Part shown: positions 41,338 to 52,060 of the stretch, in pieces
Layout: each line of letters starts with the position of its first letter
How positions within the stretch are numbered: position 1 is the stretch's first letter
Assembly (NCBI GenBank): GCA_963837105.1
Contig: CAWIMG010000021.1
Span: forward strand, 1 to 64,000
Reading direction: 5' to 3'
DNA length: 64,000 nt
Source: an uncultured Actinomycetes bacterium
GTDB taxonomy: Bacteria; Actinomycetota; Actinomycetes; Streptosporangiales; Streptosporangiaceae
The notes under the pieces: model-generated
The model's database searches: none
What the model was told of the DNA's origin: nothing
The model's input: the letters and a program-made list of their open reading frames with translations, nothing else
Position numbers and translations under genes: made by a program

Positions 41338-43174
41338 CCGCGGCCGCGACGGCCCGCACCCCCGGGTGCGTGGCCAGGTCTTCCAGCAGTACCGGCCGCC
41401 CCTCGCCGTCGGCCAGCGGCACCCGCCAGTTCGGGTACTCGGTAGTGGTCCCGGGCATGTTCTGCGGGCGGCGCTCGCCCACGGCGTCGGCCAGCGACAC
41501 CCCGATCAGCACCGCCGGGGTGCGGGCCAGATAGGCGTAGAGCGCGGCGGTGAAGGCGGCCGGATCCAGCGGCACTGCTGGCGCCACCAGCCGCTGCTGG
41601 GCCAGCGCGGCCCGCCAGTCGTCGAGTGCGGCGGCGGCAGCAGCCCGTTCGGCGGCCAGGTCCTGGGTGAGCAGCCCGAGCCGGGCCCGCAGGGTGACCT
41701 GCTCACCGGCCAGGAACGCGGCGACCGGGGGGACATCGTGGGTGCCCACCGTGGCCAGGCAGAGACGGCGCCACCGGCCGGGCGGCAGCGGCCGGCCATC
41801 CCGGTCCCGCTCGAACCAGAGCATCGCGGTCCCGAGCACGCCCCGGGCGGCCAGGTAGTCGCGGATCCAGTCCTCGACCGTGCCCAGATCTTCGCCGATG
41901 GCCAGTGCCCCGGCCCGGGCCGCTTCGCCCGCCAGCACGCCGGTCATCGCCTCGTGCGGGTACCGGACGTAGGTGCCCTGGTCCGGGGTCATCCCGGCGG
42001 GTACCCACCACAGCCGGAACAGCCCGAGCGCGTGATCGGCCCGCAGCCCGCCCGCATGCTGGAAGGCGGCCCGGATCAGCCCGGCCAGCGGCTGGTACCC
42101 GGCCGCCGCCAGCCGGGCCGGGTGCCAGGGCGGCTGCCCCCAGTCCTGGCCCCGCTGGTTGAACTCATCCGGCGGCGCACCCACGCTCATCGCCGGGACC
42201 AGCACCCCGGCGTTGGCCCACGCGTCCGCGCCGCCCGGGTGCGCACCCACCGCCAGGTCGGCAACCACCCCGATGCGCATGCCTGCCGCCCGTGCCGCCG
42301 TCTGCGCCGCCGCCCGCTGGCCGTCCGCCAGCCACTGCAGCCAGGCGTGGAACCGCTCCCGGCCGCGGAACCGCCGCTGACTAGCTTGCGGCGGCTGGGG
42401 GCCGGACCGGGCCGCGGCCGGCCAGATGCGCCAGTCCGGCCCGTGCGACTCGGCCAGCGCACACCAGGCCGCCCAGGCCGCGAGTGGCTCCCCGCCGGCG
42501 ACCAGGAACTTCTCGAAGGCGGCCCGCCGCCCGTCGGCCAGTGGGCGGGCGTAGATGAGTTCCAGCGCGCTGAGCTTGGCCCGCCAGACCGCATCCCGGT
42601 CGATCAGCGCGCCGCTGGCGCTGGCCATGCGCAGCGGGGCGGCCAGTTCCTCGATCCGCTGGCGGTCCGGTGCAGGCAGCAGGGCGTATTCGGGGATGTC
42701 CTCGATCCGCAGGTACAGCGGGCTGGTGAAGCGGCGGCTCATCGGCAGGTAGGGGGACGGACTCACCGGCACGGCCGGCTCGGCGGCGTGCAGCGGGTTG
42801 ATGAGCACGAAGTCGGCGCCCAGTTCCCAGGCGCTCCACCGGGCCAGGTCGGCCAGGTCGTGCAGGTCACCGTGGCCCCAGCTGTGGCGGGAGCGCAGCG
42901 AGTACAGCTGGAGCGTGAACCCCCAGCAGCGGCCCGGTGGAGCCGGCGCGGCCTGGGCCGGGCCGGTCGCGAACGGGCCGGCCCGGGCTGCGGGCGGCGG
43001 GCCAGGTGAGGGCGACGGGCCGGCCGGGGGCGCCTCGCCCGGTGCCGCGGCCAGCGCGGCGAGCACGGCCTGCAGGGTCTGGCTGGCCACCTCGACCCGG
43101 CGGCCACGCCAGTCCCGGTAGGACGTCGCTACCCCCTGCGCCTGCGCCGCGCGCCGCAGCCGGTCCCCGCTCAC
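41270..43174 (-). CDS. malQ: 4-alpha-glucanotransferase (amylomaltase, GH77)
   Basis: WGFTLQLYSLRS...WGHGDL...; GH77 catalytic-region motifs; its 3-prime end overlaps the pepN 3-prime end by ~68 bp (convergent). Confidence 0.85.
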   Translation of the reverse strand: MSGDRLRRAAQAQGVATSYRDWRGRRVEVASQTLQAVLAALAAAPGEAPPAGPSPSPGPPPAARAGPFATGPAQAAPAPPGRCWGFTLQLYSLRSRHSWGHGDLHDLADLARWSAWELGADFVLINPLHAAEPAVPVSPSPYLPMSRRFTSPLYLRIEDIPEYALLPAPDRQRIEELAAPLRMASASGALIDRDAVWRAKLSALELIYARPLADGRRAAFEKFLVAGGEPLAAWAAWCALAESHGPDWRIWPAAARSGPQPPQASQRRFRGRERFHAWLQWLADGQRAAAQTAARAAGMRIGVVADLAVGAHPGGADAWANAGVLVPAMSVGAPPDEFNQRGQDWGQPPWHPARLAAAGYQPLAGLIRAAFQHAGGLRADHALGLFRLWWVPAGMTPDQGTYVRYPHEAMTGVLAGEAARAGALAIGEDLGTVEDWIRDYLAARGVLGTAMLWFERDRDGRPLPPGRWRRLCLATVGTHDVPPVAAFLAGEQVTLRARLGLLTQDLAAERAAAAAALDDWRAALAQQRLVAPAVPLDPAAFTAALYAYLARTPAVLIGVSLADAVGERRPQNMPGTTTEYPNWRVPLADGEGRPVLLEDLATHPGVRAVAAAVSPPGGRAPGSAAPVPPRPGPR

Positions 43175-43225
43175 CTGGCCATGATCCCGCCCGGCCGGGT
43201 CATCCGCGGCTGGTCCCCGCCACGG

Positions 43226-43750
43226 TCAGCGCAGGCCGGGCGCCAGGGCGCGGCCAAGCCAGAGCCCGGCGCACGCCTGAATCACCGCCACCAGCAGCGT
43301 CACCACGATCGCCACCGGCGCGTGCGGCGGCAGCCCGGCCAGCGCCGCGATCTCCCTCGCCACTGCTCCCTCCGGCAGCCGGTGCAGGACCAGCCACCAT
43401 AGCGCCGCGCCCCAGCCGGCGGCGGCGAGCAGGATGACCGCGGGCAGGCTGACCCGCAGCCGCCAGCGCCCGGCACGGGCGGCGATCCCGGCCGCCAGCC
43501 CGGCCAGGAAGGGCATGAACCACAGGCCCAGCAGCGCCGCCACAGCGACCACCAGCACGGCGGCCAGCCAGGCCAGCAGCCACAGCCACAGCGATCCCCG
43601 GTGGCGGCTGGTCCAGGTGGGGTAGTGCGGGGCTGGCGGCTGCACCGGGGCGGCCGGCGGCGCCCCCAGCCGGCCGAGCCGGTAGGACCCCCGCTTCCCG
43701 AGCCTTCTCAGCTCAGCCATGCCCGGCCACCCCCGCCCGCGCGCAGTCAC
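43226..43750 (-). CDS. Hypothetical small membrane protein (~4 TM)
   Basis: Hydrophobic helices; between the acylase gene and malQ. Confidence 0.4.
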   Translation of the reverse strand: MTARGRGWPGMAELRRLGKRGSYRLGRLGAPPAAPVQPPAPHYPTWTSRHRGSLWLWLLAWLAAVLVVAVAALLGLWFMPFLAGLAAGIAARAGRWRLRVSLPAVILLAAAGWGAALWWLVLHRLPEGAVAREIAALAGLPPHAPVAIVVTLLVAVIQACAGLWLGRALAPGLR

Positions 43751-43786
43751 GCTGCCCGGCGGCCCGCCCCCGCGGCACCAGCGCCG

Positions 43787-46492
43787 TCATGGCCGAAGGC
43801 TCCACACGATGGGGCCGGCCAGGAGCCCGCCGGCCGGGGGCATCGGCAGGTAGCGGCCGTCCCACCAGTCCGCCATCTGGTTGGAGTACCAGGGCGAGGC
43901 CGGATTCTCGCTCTGCCCGCCCGGGTAGACGCCCTGCCCGGTGGCGGCCCCGGCATGGGTCCATGCCACGATCATCCGCCAGCTCGGTCCCTGGTGGGAG
44001 ACCAGGCCGCCATCGGCGGCGTTGACCGTCCAGGCGTCGCTGCCCGACGAGCGCGGGCCATAGCCGAGCGCGGCCACCTGGGTGATCGACGGGAACTGGC
44101 GGCTGTGGATCCGGCCCCACTGCCAGCCCGAGGGTGTCCCGCCCAGCACCGCGGCCAGGTGTGCCACCGCGGTGGCGAACGCTGCCCGCATCACCACCGG
44201 GGCGGTCCGGTGCGGGCCGCCGGGTGGGGTGAATGCGCTGTTGGCCGGATCGCTCGTGGTCCAGTAGGCGAGCATCTGGTCCAGGCTGAACTGACCCTGC
44301 GGGGAGATCGAGAGCCCCGGCCGGTCCTTGCCCACCGGTACCTTGGCGGCCCGCCACCAGGGCTGGAACACCGCATCGAGGTAGTCGGTCCAGAACGTCC
44401 ACCACACCGCCGCCGCGGCCGACGTGCGGGCCATGTCATCGTGCCAGCTGGCCAGCAGGCCAGCGGCGGCCCGCTGCCTGGCCGTCAACTGCTGGCCGTG
44501 CAGGGCGGCCAGCAGCGCGGGCACGATCTGGCCGGCCAGCACATCGGCCCGGCTGAGCTGGACCGCGGCGAAGTCGGCCGGGTGCAGCCCGGACCGGCCC
44601 CGCAGCGAGGCATAGATCTCACTCACCCGGTAACCGGGGTCGAAGAAGTTCGCGCTGGTCCCGATGTAGTACGGGTAGCTGGGCCCGACCGGGCGCTGGT
44701 TGGCGGTCGCCACCAGGTGGCCCGGCGGGTTGTAGACCTGCGGGACAGCCCGGTACGGGATGACCCCCGCGATGTCGTCGGCCCCGGTGCCTGGCAGCGG
44801 TAGCCACGGGTCGCCATGCCGGACCAGTGGGTAATAGCCGGCCGATATCGCGCCGATGTTGCCGTGGTCGTCGGCATAGACGAAGTTCTGCGAGGGCGCC
44901 CGCCACCCCGCAAGCGCGGCCCGGAACTGTGCGAAGTTGTGCGCCTTGGACACGCCGAGCATCACCGCGATGTCGGGTGATGCGATGTTTCCCATCCAGT
45001 CCACCGCGGTGGTCTGGCCGGCCTGGGTCATGACCGGGCCGTGCACGGTGATGTCCACCGTCAGCGGGACCACTGAGGCGCCCCGGACATCGATGGTGTA
45101 GTGGACCTGCCGCATCCGCCGCCACGCGCCCCGCCAGAAGTACTGGCCAGGATGGCTCTTGCTGGTCTGCTCGGTGTAGAACAGCGTGGCCTGGTTCTGC
45201 GTGTCCGTGAGCGACCAGGCGATGTGGGCGTTGTGCCCGATCAGCACGCCCGGCAGGCCAGGGACGCTGACCCCGGTCACCGACAGGCCAGGCGCCGACA
45301 GCGCGACCTGGTACCAGATCGGCGGGACGGTCTGGGGCAGGTGCGGGTCCCCGGCGAGCATCGACACCCCGCCGGCGACCAGCGGGCCATTCGCGGCCCA
45401 GGCGTTGCTGTCGGGGCCTTGGTGAATGGAGGTTGCCGGGGTCTGGGCGAGGATCGACGCGGCGGCTGTTGCCTCCGCGCGGGAAATCCCGCTGTGCGCG
45501 GCCGGGGCCGCGGCCTCCGCGGGCTGGCTCAGGACCGCGGTGATGACGTCCGTAGTGCCCGAGACGCCTGCCGCCGACCTGACCGGCCGCAACGCTACGC
45601 CCGCTCCCGGCCCCGGCACCGGCCCCGTAGACGCCAGAGCTACGCCCGCTCCCGGCCCCGGCTCCTTGAGCATGTGAGGCACGGCGGTCAGGGTTGCCTG
45701 CGGGGCTATGGGGGCGATGCCTTGGTAGTGGTAGGGGCCGGGGTCGTAGGAGGCGTGCTGGCTGGGGGCGAGGACCGGGAACCAGGCCATGGTGCGCGCG
45801 GGGCCGAGGGTGCGTTCGAGCAGCGCGTAGTCGAGCGGGGTGCTGGTGTAGTCGAGCTGCTGGGTCAGCACTCCTTGCAGGACGAGGCTGTCGACCGGGG
45901 TCCACGGGCCCGGGTAGACGCCGGCCAGGGCAAAAATGGAGGGCCAGGTGTGAGTGCGGCGGGCGACCGCCAGGAAGTCGTTCACGCCACGGGAGTAGGC
46001 GATGAGAGCCTGGCCGGCCGGGCTGCCCGGCGGAGTGGCGGCCCACTCGGCCTGGGCGGTGCGGAACAGGCCCAGCCGCAGCTCGAACTTGTCGGACGCG
46101 AGGCCGTCCGGGCCAGCCAGCTGGGCGATCCGGCCCTCACCGAGGCGGCGCTCCAGGTCCATCTCGGTCAGCCGGAACCTGGCATGCAGATAGCCGAGTG
46201 CCAGGAACGCATCGCTGGTGCTGGCGGCCCGGATGGAAGCGACCCCGTGGCTGGTGAAGGTGACCGAGACCGGGTGGGCCAGCCCGGGCAGGCTGAGCGT
46301 CTGGGACGTGACCGGCTGCCCTCCGGCGGCCAACGCCCAGGCGCCGTGGCCGGGCACCAGCGCCTGGCCGAGCGCGGGCACCGGGCCGTAGCCGAACGCC
46401 ATCAGCGCCAGCACGGCCGCCGACACACACAGCGCGGCCACCAGGTTGATGATGCGCCCGGCGGTCATGCCCGAGCGGCGCTCACGGATCAT
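43787..46492 (-). CDS. Penicillin acylase / AHL-acylase family Ntn-hydrolase (S45)
   Basis: Signal peptide; conserved beta-subunit N-terminal region ...GANSNAWAANG...; 901 aa. Confidence 0.8.
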   Translation of the reverse strand: MIRERRSGMTAGRIINLVAALCVSAAVLALMAFGYGPVPALGQALVPGHGAWALAAGGQPVTSQTLSLPGLAHPVSVTFTSHGVASIRAASTSDAFLALGYLHARFRLTEMDLERRLGEGRIAQLAGPDGLASDKFELRLGLFRTAQAEWAATPPGSPAGQALIAYSRGVNDFLAVARRTHTWPSIFALAGVYPGPWTPVDSLVLQGVLTQQLDYTSTPLDYALLERTLGPARTMAWFPVLAPSQHASYDPGPYHYQGIAPIAPQATLTAVPHMLKEPGPGAGVALASTGPVPGPGAGVALRPVRSAAGVSGTTDVITAVLSQPAEAAAPAAHSGISRAEATAAASILAQTPATSIHQGPDSNAWAANGPLVAGGVSMLAGDPHLPQTVPPIWYQVALSAPGLSVTGVSVPGLPGVLIGHNAHIAWSLTDTQNQATLFYTEQTSKSHPGQYFWRGAWRRMRQVHYTIDVRGASVVPLTVDITVHGPVMTQAGQTTAVDWMGNIASPDIAVMLGVSKAHNFAQFRAALAGWRAPSQNFVYADDHGNIGAISAGYYPLVRHGDPWLPLPGTGADDIAGVIPYRAVPQVYNPPGHLVATANQRPVGPSYPYYIGTSANFFDPGYRVSEIYASLRGRSGLHPADFAAVQLSRADVLAGQIVPALLAALHGQQLTARQRAAAGLLASWHDDMARTSAAAAVWWTFWTDYLDAVFQPWWRAAKVPVGKDRPGLSISPQGQFSLDQMLAYWTTSDPANSAFTPPGGPHRTAPVVMRAAFATAVAHLAAVLGGTPSGWQWGRIHSRQFPSITQVAALGYGPRSSGSDAWTVNAADGGLVSHQGPSWRMIVAWTHAGAATGQGVYPGGQSENPASPWYSNQMADWWDGRYLPMPPAGGLLAGPIVWSLRP
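45594..45662. repeat. 24-bp direct repeat GCTACGCCCGCTCCCGGCCCCGGC, two copies 45 bp apart, inside the acylase spacer-peptide region
   Basis: Duplicates the peptide PGPGAGVA in frame. Confidence 0.7.
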
Positions 46493-46502
46493 CGGGTGAG
46501 TC

Positions 46503-47951
46503 CTACCACAGCGACGGGTGCCGGTCGTGCCACGGCCGGGCGGCCTCCAGCTGCGCAGACAGGGAGATGAGGGTGCCCTCGTCCGCCATCCGCCCAGCCA
46601 GCATGACCCCGATCGGCAACCCCTCAGCGGTCCAGTGCAGCGGCAGGCTCACCGCGGGCTGGCCGGTCAGGTTGTACAGCGCGGTGAACGGAGTGAACCG
46701 CTTCTGCCGCTCGAAGTTCTCCGGCGGGTCCACTTCCTCGAAATAGCCGACCGGGACCGGGGGCTGGGCCAGGGTAGGCGTGAGTACCGCGTGCAAACCG
46801 TTAAGGATCCGCCAGCCCTGGCGGACCGCGAACTGCAGGTAGGCCTGGGCGAAGATGAGGTCGTGCGCGGTGAGCGCGTCGCCGCGCTCGCGCAGGTAGC
46901 GGGTGAGCGGCCGGAGCCGGTCCAGCCGGGCCGGGTCGACCGGCACCAGCGTCGCCATCGCGCACCAGAGCGTCTCGAAGTGCGGCACCACGTCCGGGCC
47001 GAACGGCGGGTCGATGTCGGTCACCTCGTGGCCGAGGCTGGCCAGCAGCGTGCTGGCCTCCTCATAGGCGGCCAGGCAGGCCGGATCCACCGCGCCGTCG
47101 CCAACCGGGTGCCACCGGGTCCGGCCGATCCGCAGCCGGCCCGGATCGCGCCGGGCGTAGTCCAGGTAGCTCTGGCCGGCCGGCAGCGGCGCCGGCGTGT
47201 ACATGTCACCGGGCGCCTGGCCGGCCATCACGTCCAGCAGCAGTGCCGCGTCGGCCACGGTGCGCGCCAGCGGGCCGTCCACGCCCAGCCCGGCCAGATC
47301 CGGCACCAGCGGGGCGGAGGAGATCCGGCCCCGGGCCGGCTTGATGCCGAACAGCCCGCACACGCTGGCCGGGATCCGGATGGATCCGCCGCCATCGCTG
47401 CCCTGGGCGGCCGGGGCCAGCCCGGCGGCGACCGCGGCCGCCGCGCCGCCGCTGGACCCGCCGGCCGACCGGGACAGATCCCAGGGGGTGCGGGCGGGCG
47501 GCCCGATGCCGGTCTCGGTGTAGCAAGGCAGGCCGAACTCCGGGGTGGCGGTCTTGCCGGTGATCACCGCGCCCGCGGCGCGCAACTGGGCGGTCACGAA
47601 GTCGTCTTCGGCCGGCACATTGTCCTCGAACGCCAGCGAGCCCAGCGTCTGCCGCACCCCGGCGACCATGTTCAGATCCTTGACCGGGATCGGCACGCCG
47701 GTGAGCGGCGGCAGCTCGGCGGGATCGCTCGCCTGCGCGAGCGCCTTCTCGGCTGCCCGTGCCTGCTCGCGGGCCAGGTCCGCGGTGACCGTGAAGAATG
47801 CCCCCACCTTGTGGTTCAGCCGCTCGATGCGGTCCAGGTAGTGGCTGGTGATCTCGGTCGGCGACAGTTCGCGCTGGCGGATGGCGGCGGTGAGTTCCAG
47901 CACGGTCAGGTCATGGATCCCGGTCACGCTACGGACCGTACCCTGCCCCAT
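46503..47951 (-). CDS. Amidase (amidase-signature family)
   Basis: GGSSGGAAAAVAAGLAPAAQGSDGGGSIRIPA motif; internal ATG (MGQGTV) is the likely start; ORF opens at 48092. Confidence 0.8.
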   Translation of the reverse strand: MGQGTVRSVTGIHDLTVLELTAAIRQRELSPTEITSHYLDRIERLNHKVGAFFTVTADLAREQARAAEKALAQASDPAELPPLTGVPIPVKDLNMVAGVRQTLGSLAFEDNVPAEDDFVTAQLRAAGAVITGKTATPEFGLPCYTETGIGPPARTPWDLSRSAGGSSGGAAAAVAAGLAPAAQGSDGGGSIRIPASVCGLFGIKPARGRISSAPLVPDLAGLGVDGPLARTVADAALLLDVMAGQAPGDMYTPAPLPAGQSYLDYARRDPGRLRIGRTRWHPVGDGAVDPACLAAYEEASTLLASLGHEVTDIDPPFGPDVVPHFETLWCAMATLVPVDPARLDRLRPLTRYLRERGDALTAHDLIFAQAYLQFAVRQGWRILNGLHAVLTPTLAQPPVPVGYFEEVDPPENFERQKRFTPFTALYNLTGQPAVSLPLHWTAEGLPIGVMLAGRMADEGTLISLSAQLEAARPWHDRHPSLW

Positions 47952-48107
47952 GTCGTGGTTGTGGCCATCACGTCGCAAGAACGACGTGGCTGCGGCAACC
48001 ATGACGTAGCAGGCCGGGGCGGGGCGGGCACCGGAGGCCTGGAGAGTGCCGCTGGGGGGCGCGCCGCGCCGGTAGGCTGAGGGCTTCAGCACCGGGAGGA
48101 AACGATC

Positions 48108-49987
48108 ATGCCGCCGCTACGATCCCGCACCGTCACGCACGGGCGGAACATGGCCGGGGCGCGCGCGCTGCTGCGTGCCACCGGGGTCGCCCGCGAGGAT
48201 CTGGGCAAGCCGATCGTCGCCGTCGCCAACAGCTTCACCGAGTTCGTGCCCGGCCACGTGCACCTGCGCGAGGTCGCCGAGGTGGTCGCCGAGGCGGTGT
48301 ACGCGGCCGGCGCGGTGCCCAGGGAGTTCAACACCATCGCGGTGGACGACGGGATCGCGATGGGGCACGGCGGCATGCTCTACTCCCTGCCCAGCCGGGA
48401 GCTGATCGCCGATTCGGTCGAGTACATGGTGAACGCGCACTGCGCGGACGCGCTGGTGTGCATCTCCAACTGCGACAAGATCACCCCCGGGATGCTGATG
48501 GCGGCGCTGCGGCTGAACATCCCGACCGTGTTCGTGTCCGGCGGGCCGATGGAAGCCGGCGTCCCGCCCGGGCCGGCGAGACCACCGGGGCCCCGGTCAA
48601 GATCGACCTGATCGACTCGATGATCGCGTCCGCCGACCCGTCGGTGTCCGACGAGCGGCTCGCCGAACTGGAGGAGGCCGCCTGCCCGACCTGCGGCTCC
48701 TGCTCGGGCATGTTCACCGCCAACTCGATGAACTGCCTGACCGAGGCGATCGGCCTGGCGCTGCCGGGCAACGGCACCACGCTGGCCACCCACACCGCCC
48801 GCCGGGACCTGTTCGTCACCGCCGGCCAGCTGGTGGTCGAGCTGGCCAGGCGGTACTACGAGCAGGACGACGAGTCGGTGCTGCCGCGGGCGATCGCCAC
48901 CCTGGACGCGTTCGAGAACGCGATGGCGCTGGACATCGCCATGGGCGGGTCCACCAACACGATCCTGCACCTGCTGGCCGCCGCGCATGAGGCACGGGTC
49001 GGTTTCGGCCTGAAGGAGATCGACGAGCTGTCCCGCCGGGTGCCGTGCCTGTGCAAGGTCGCGCCCAGCAGCAGCTATCACGTGGAGGACGTGCACCGGG
49101 CCGGTGGCATCCCGGCCATCCTCGGTGAGCTGGACCGGGCCGGGCTGCTCAACACCGATGTCCACACCGTGCACAGCCCCTCCCTGCGGGCCTTCCTGGA
49201 CAGCTGGGACATCCGCGCGGCCACGGCATCCGAGCAGGCCCGCGAACTGTTCCAGGCCGCGCCCGGCGGGGTCAGGACGATCAAGCCATATTCGCAGAAC
49301 GCCCGGTGGGCCGCCCTCGACGAGGACCGGGCCGCGGGCTGTATCCGGGACCGCCAGCACGCCTACAGCACCGATGGCGGGCTGGCCGTCCTGTACGGGA
49401 ACCTCGCCCCGGAAGGGGCGATCATCAAGACCGCCGGGGTGCCGGAGGAACTGTGGCGCTTCGCCGGGCCGGCCCGGGTGTTCGAGAGCCAGGAAGACGC
49501 GGTGGCCGGCATCCTGAACGGCGCGGTGACCGCCGGTGACGTGGTGGTCATCCGGTACGAGGGGCCCAGGGGCGGGCCGGGCATGCAGGAGATGCTCTAC
49601 CCGACCAGCTTCCTCAAGGGCAAGGGCCTGGGCCGGGCCTGCGCGCTGATCACCGACGGCCGGTTCTCCGGCGGCACGGCCGGGCTGTCGGTCTGCCACC
49701 TGGCGCCAGAAGCGGCCGCCGGCGGGACGATCGCGCTGATCGCCGACGGCGACCGGATCGAGATCGACATTCCCCGGCGGGATCTGGTCCTGGCGGTGCC
49801 GGACGGCGAACTCGCCGCCCGCCGCGACCGGCTGGCGGCCTCGGGTGGCTTCCGGCCGGCCAGCCGCAACCGGCCGGTAAGCCAGGCCCTGCAGGTGTAC
49901 GCCGCGCTCGCCACCTCGGCCTCAGGCGGCGCGGTGCGCGACCTCAGCGCGCTGAACCCGCCAGGCGGCCCCTCCGCCGGCCGCTAG
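48108..49987 (+). CDS. ilvD: Dihydroxy-acid dehydratase with an apparent frameshift near 48565
   Basis: N-terminal 150 aa (...[30 protein letters not shown]) in ORF 48108..48611; the remainder ([19 protein letters not shown]...) in ORF 48458..49987. Confidence 0.85.
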
Positions 49988-50859
49988 TGGCCACGGCACG
50001 GCAGTGGCTGGGCGGCGCCCGGCCACGAACGCTGCCCGCGGCCATCGTGCCGGTCCTGGTCGGCTCCGGGGTGGCGGCCGGCTACCGGCTGTTCTCACCG
50101 TGGCGGGCCGCGCTGGCGCTGGTGGTGGCGCTGGCCCTGCAGATCGGGGTCAACTACGCCAACGACTACAGCGACGGGGTACGCGGCACTGACGAGGCCC
50201 GGGTCGGCCCGGTCCGGCTGGTCGCGGCCGGGCTGGCCACCCCGCAGCGGGTCCGCGCCGCCGCGCTCACCTGCTTCGCCGTCGCCTGCGGTGCCGGTTT
50301 CGTGCTGGCGGCGGTCACCTCCTGGTGGCTGCTGCTGATCGGGGCCGCGGCGGTGGCCGCTGCCTGGACCTACACCGGCGGCCGCCACCCGTACGGCTAC
50401 CACGGCCTGGGCGAGGTGGCCGTGTTCGCGTTCTTCGGGGTCGCCGCGGTGGTCGGCACGGCGTATGTGCAGATGGGCCGGGTGGCCTGGCTGGCGGTGG
50501 CGGCCAGTGTCCCGGTCGGGCTGCTCGCCTGCGCCCTGCTGGTGATCAACAACCTGCGCGACATCCCATCCGATACCGCGGCAGGCAAGCGCACGCTCGC
50601 GGTACTGCTCGGCGACCAGCGGACCCGGCTGCTGTACACCTGCTGCGCGCTGATCCCGTTCGCCATGCTGGCGGTGGTGGCGCTGGTCCGGCCGTTCAGC
50701 CTGCTCGCGCTGATCACGCTGCCACTGGCGGTGGCGCCGGTGCGGACCGTGCGGGCCGGCGCGCAGGGCCCGGTCCTGGTCGGCGCGCTAGGGCAAACCG
50801 GCCGACTGCAGCTTGCGTTCGGCGTGCTGCTCACCATCGGCCTCGCGGTCACGGTCTGA
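49987..50859 (+). CDS. menA: 1,4-dihydroxy-2-naphthoate polyprenyltransferase (UbiA family)
   Basis: NDYSDGVRG... UbiA Asp-rich motif; 8-9 TM helices. Confidence 0.8.
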   Translation: MATARQWLGGARPRTLPAAIVPVLVGSGVAAGYRLFSPWRAALALVVALALQIGVNYANDYSDGVRGTDEARVGPVRLVAAGLATPQRVRAAALTCFAVACGAGFVLAAVTSWWLLLIGAAAVAAAWTYTGGRHPYGYHGLGEVAVFAFFGVAAVVGTAYVQMGRVAWLAVAASVPVGLLACALLVINNLRDIPSDTAAGKRTLAVLLGDQRTRLLYTCCALIPFAMLAVVALVRPFSLLALITLPLAVAPVRTVRAGAQGPVLVGALGQTGRLQLAFGVLLTIGLAVTV

Positions 50860-50882
50860 CCGGACGGGGCGCCCTGCGCCGG

Positions 50883-52058
50883 CTAACTGCGGGGGCCGAA
50901 CTGCTCCGCCTGCCGCTGGACCGCCGCGACCTCCTGCTCCACCTGTGCGAGCTCTTCGTGCGTGCGGGCCGCCTGCTCCGCGACCGCCTCCTCCGCCCTG
51001 CCGAGGTCAGGCTCCCCGCCCGCAGCCTGATCCCCGTTCGCGGCCGGGCCAGGCTCCGCTCCCCGGGCATCGGTGAGGGCTGCGGAATCGGCGTCGGGGA
51101 GGGCCGCGGGGGTGGCGGCCATCTGGCCGGGCAGGCCGGGCCCAGTGGGCGTGGCCTGCGGCGTGCCTGGCTGGCCCGCGCTGTCACCGGCGAACGCGCC
51201 GCTCAGCGTCTTCAGCGCCGATGTCACCTCGCTCGGGATCACCCAGAACGTGTTGCCTTCCGACTGCGCGATCTGGGGCAGCGTCTGCAGGTACTGGTAG
51301 GCGAGGACCTTGGCATCCGCGTTGTTGAGATGCACGGCCTGGAACACCGTGCCGATCGCCTGCGCCTGGCCCTCGGCACGCAGGATCTGGCTCTGCCTGT
51401 CACCCTCGGCGCGCAGGATGCTGCTCTGCTTCTCGCCCTCCGCGGTCAGGATCTTGGACTGGCGCACCCCTTCGGCGGTGAGGATCGCCGCGCGCTTCTC
51501 CCGCTCGGCGCGCATCTGCTTCTCCATCGCGTCCACGACGCTCTTGGGCGGCTCGATCGCCTTGATCTCCACCCTGCTCACCCGGATGCCCCACTTGCCG
51601 GAGGCCTCATCGAGCACCCCGCGCAGCATGTTGTTGATCCGGTCCCGCGAAGTCAGGGTCTGCTCCAGGTCCATGGAGCCGATCACGCTGCGCAGCATGG
51701 TGGCGGTGAGCTGCTCGATCGCCTGGATGTAGTTGACGATCTCGTAGTCGGCAGCCCGGGGGTCGGTGACCTGAAAGAACAGCACCGTGTCGATGAGCAC
51801 GACCAGGTTGTCCTCGGTGATGACCGGCTGGCTCTTGAAGGCCACCACCTGCTCACGGAGGTCGATCAGCGGCTTGACCCGGTCCACGAACGGGATGATG
51901 AAGTTCATCCCCGGCTGCAGGGTCTTGCGGTACCGGCCGAAGCGCTCGATGTTGCGCGCCCGCGCCTGCGGGACGATGCGCACCGTCTTGACCACGAACA
52001 TGACCATCAAGATGACCACGATGACCGCGACGACGGCCGCGACTATTGCTGTTTCCAT
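50883..52058 (-). CDS. SPFH/Band-7 (stomatin/HflC-like) protein
   Basis: N-terminal TM plus SPFH domain; C-terminal low-complexity tail. Confidence 0.8.
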   Translation of the reverse strand: METAIVAAVVAVIVVILMVMFVVKTVRIVPQARARNIERFGRYRKTLQPGMNFIIPFVDRVKPLIDLREQVVAFKSQPVITEDNLVVLIDTVLFFQVTDPRAADYEIVNYIQAIEQLTATMLRSVIGSMDLEQTLTSRDRINNMLRGVLDEASGKWGIRVSRVEIKAIEPPKSVVDAMEKQMRAEREKRAAILTAEGVRQSKILTAEGEKQSSILRAEGDRQSQILRAEGQAQAIGTVFQAVHLNNADAKVLAYQYLQTLPQIAQSEGNTFWVIPSEVTSALKTLSGAFAGDSAGQPGTPQATPTGPGLPGQMAATPAALPDADSAALTDARGAEPGPAANGDQAAGGEPDLGRAEEAVAEQAARTHEELAQVEQEVAAVQRQAEQFGPRS

Positions 52059-52060
52059 GA

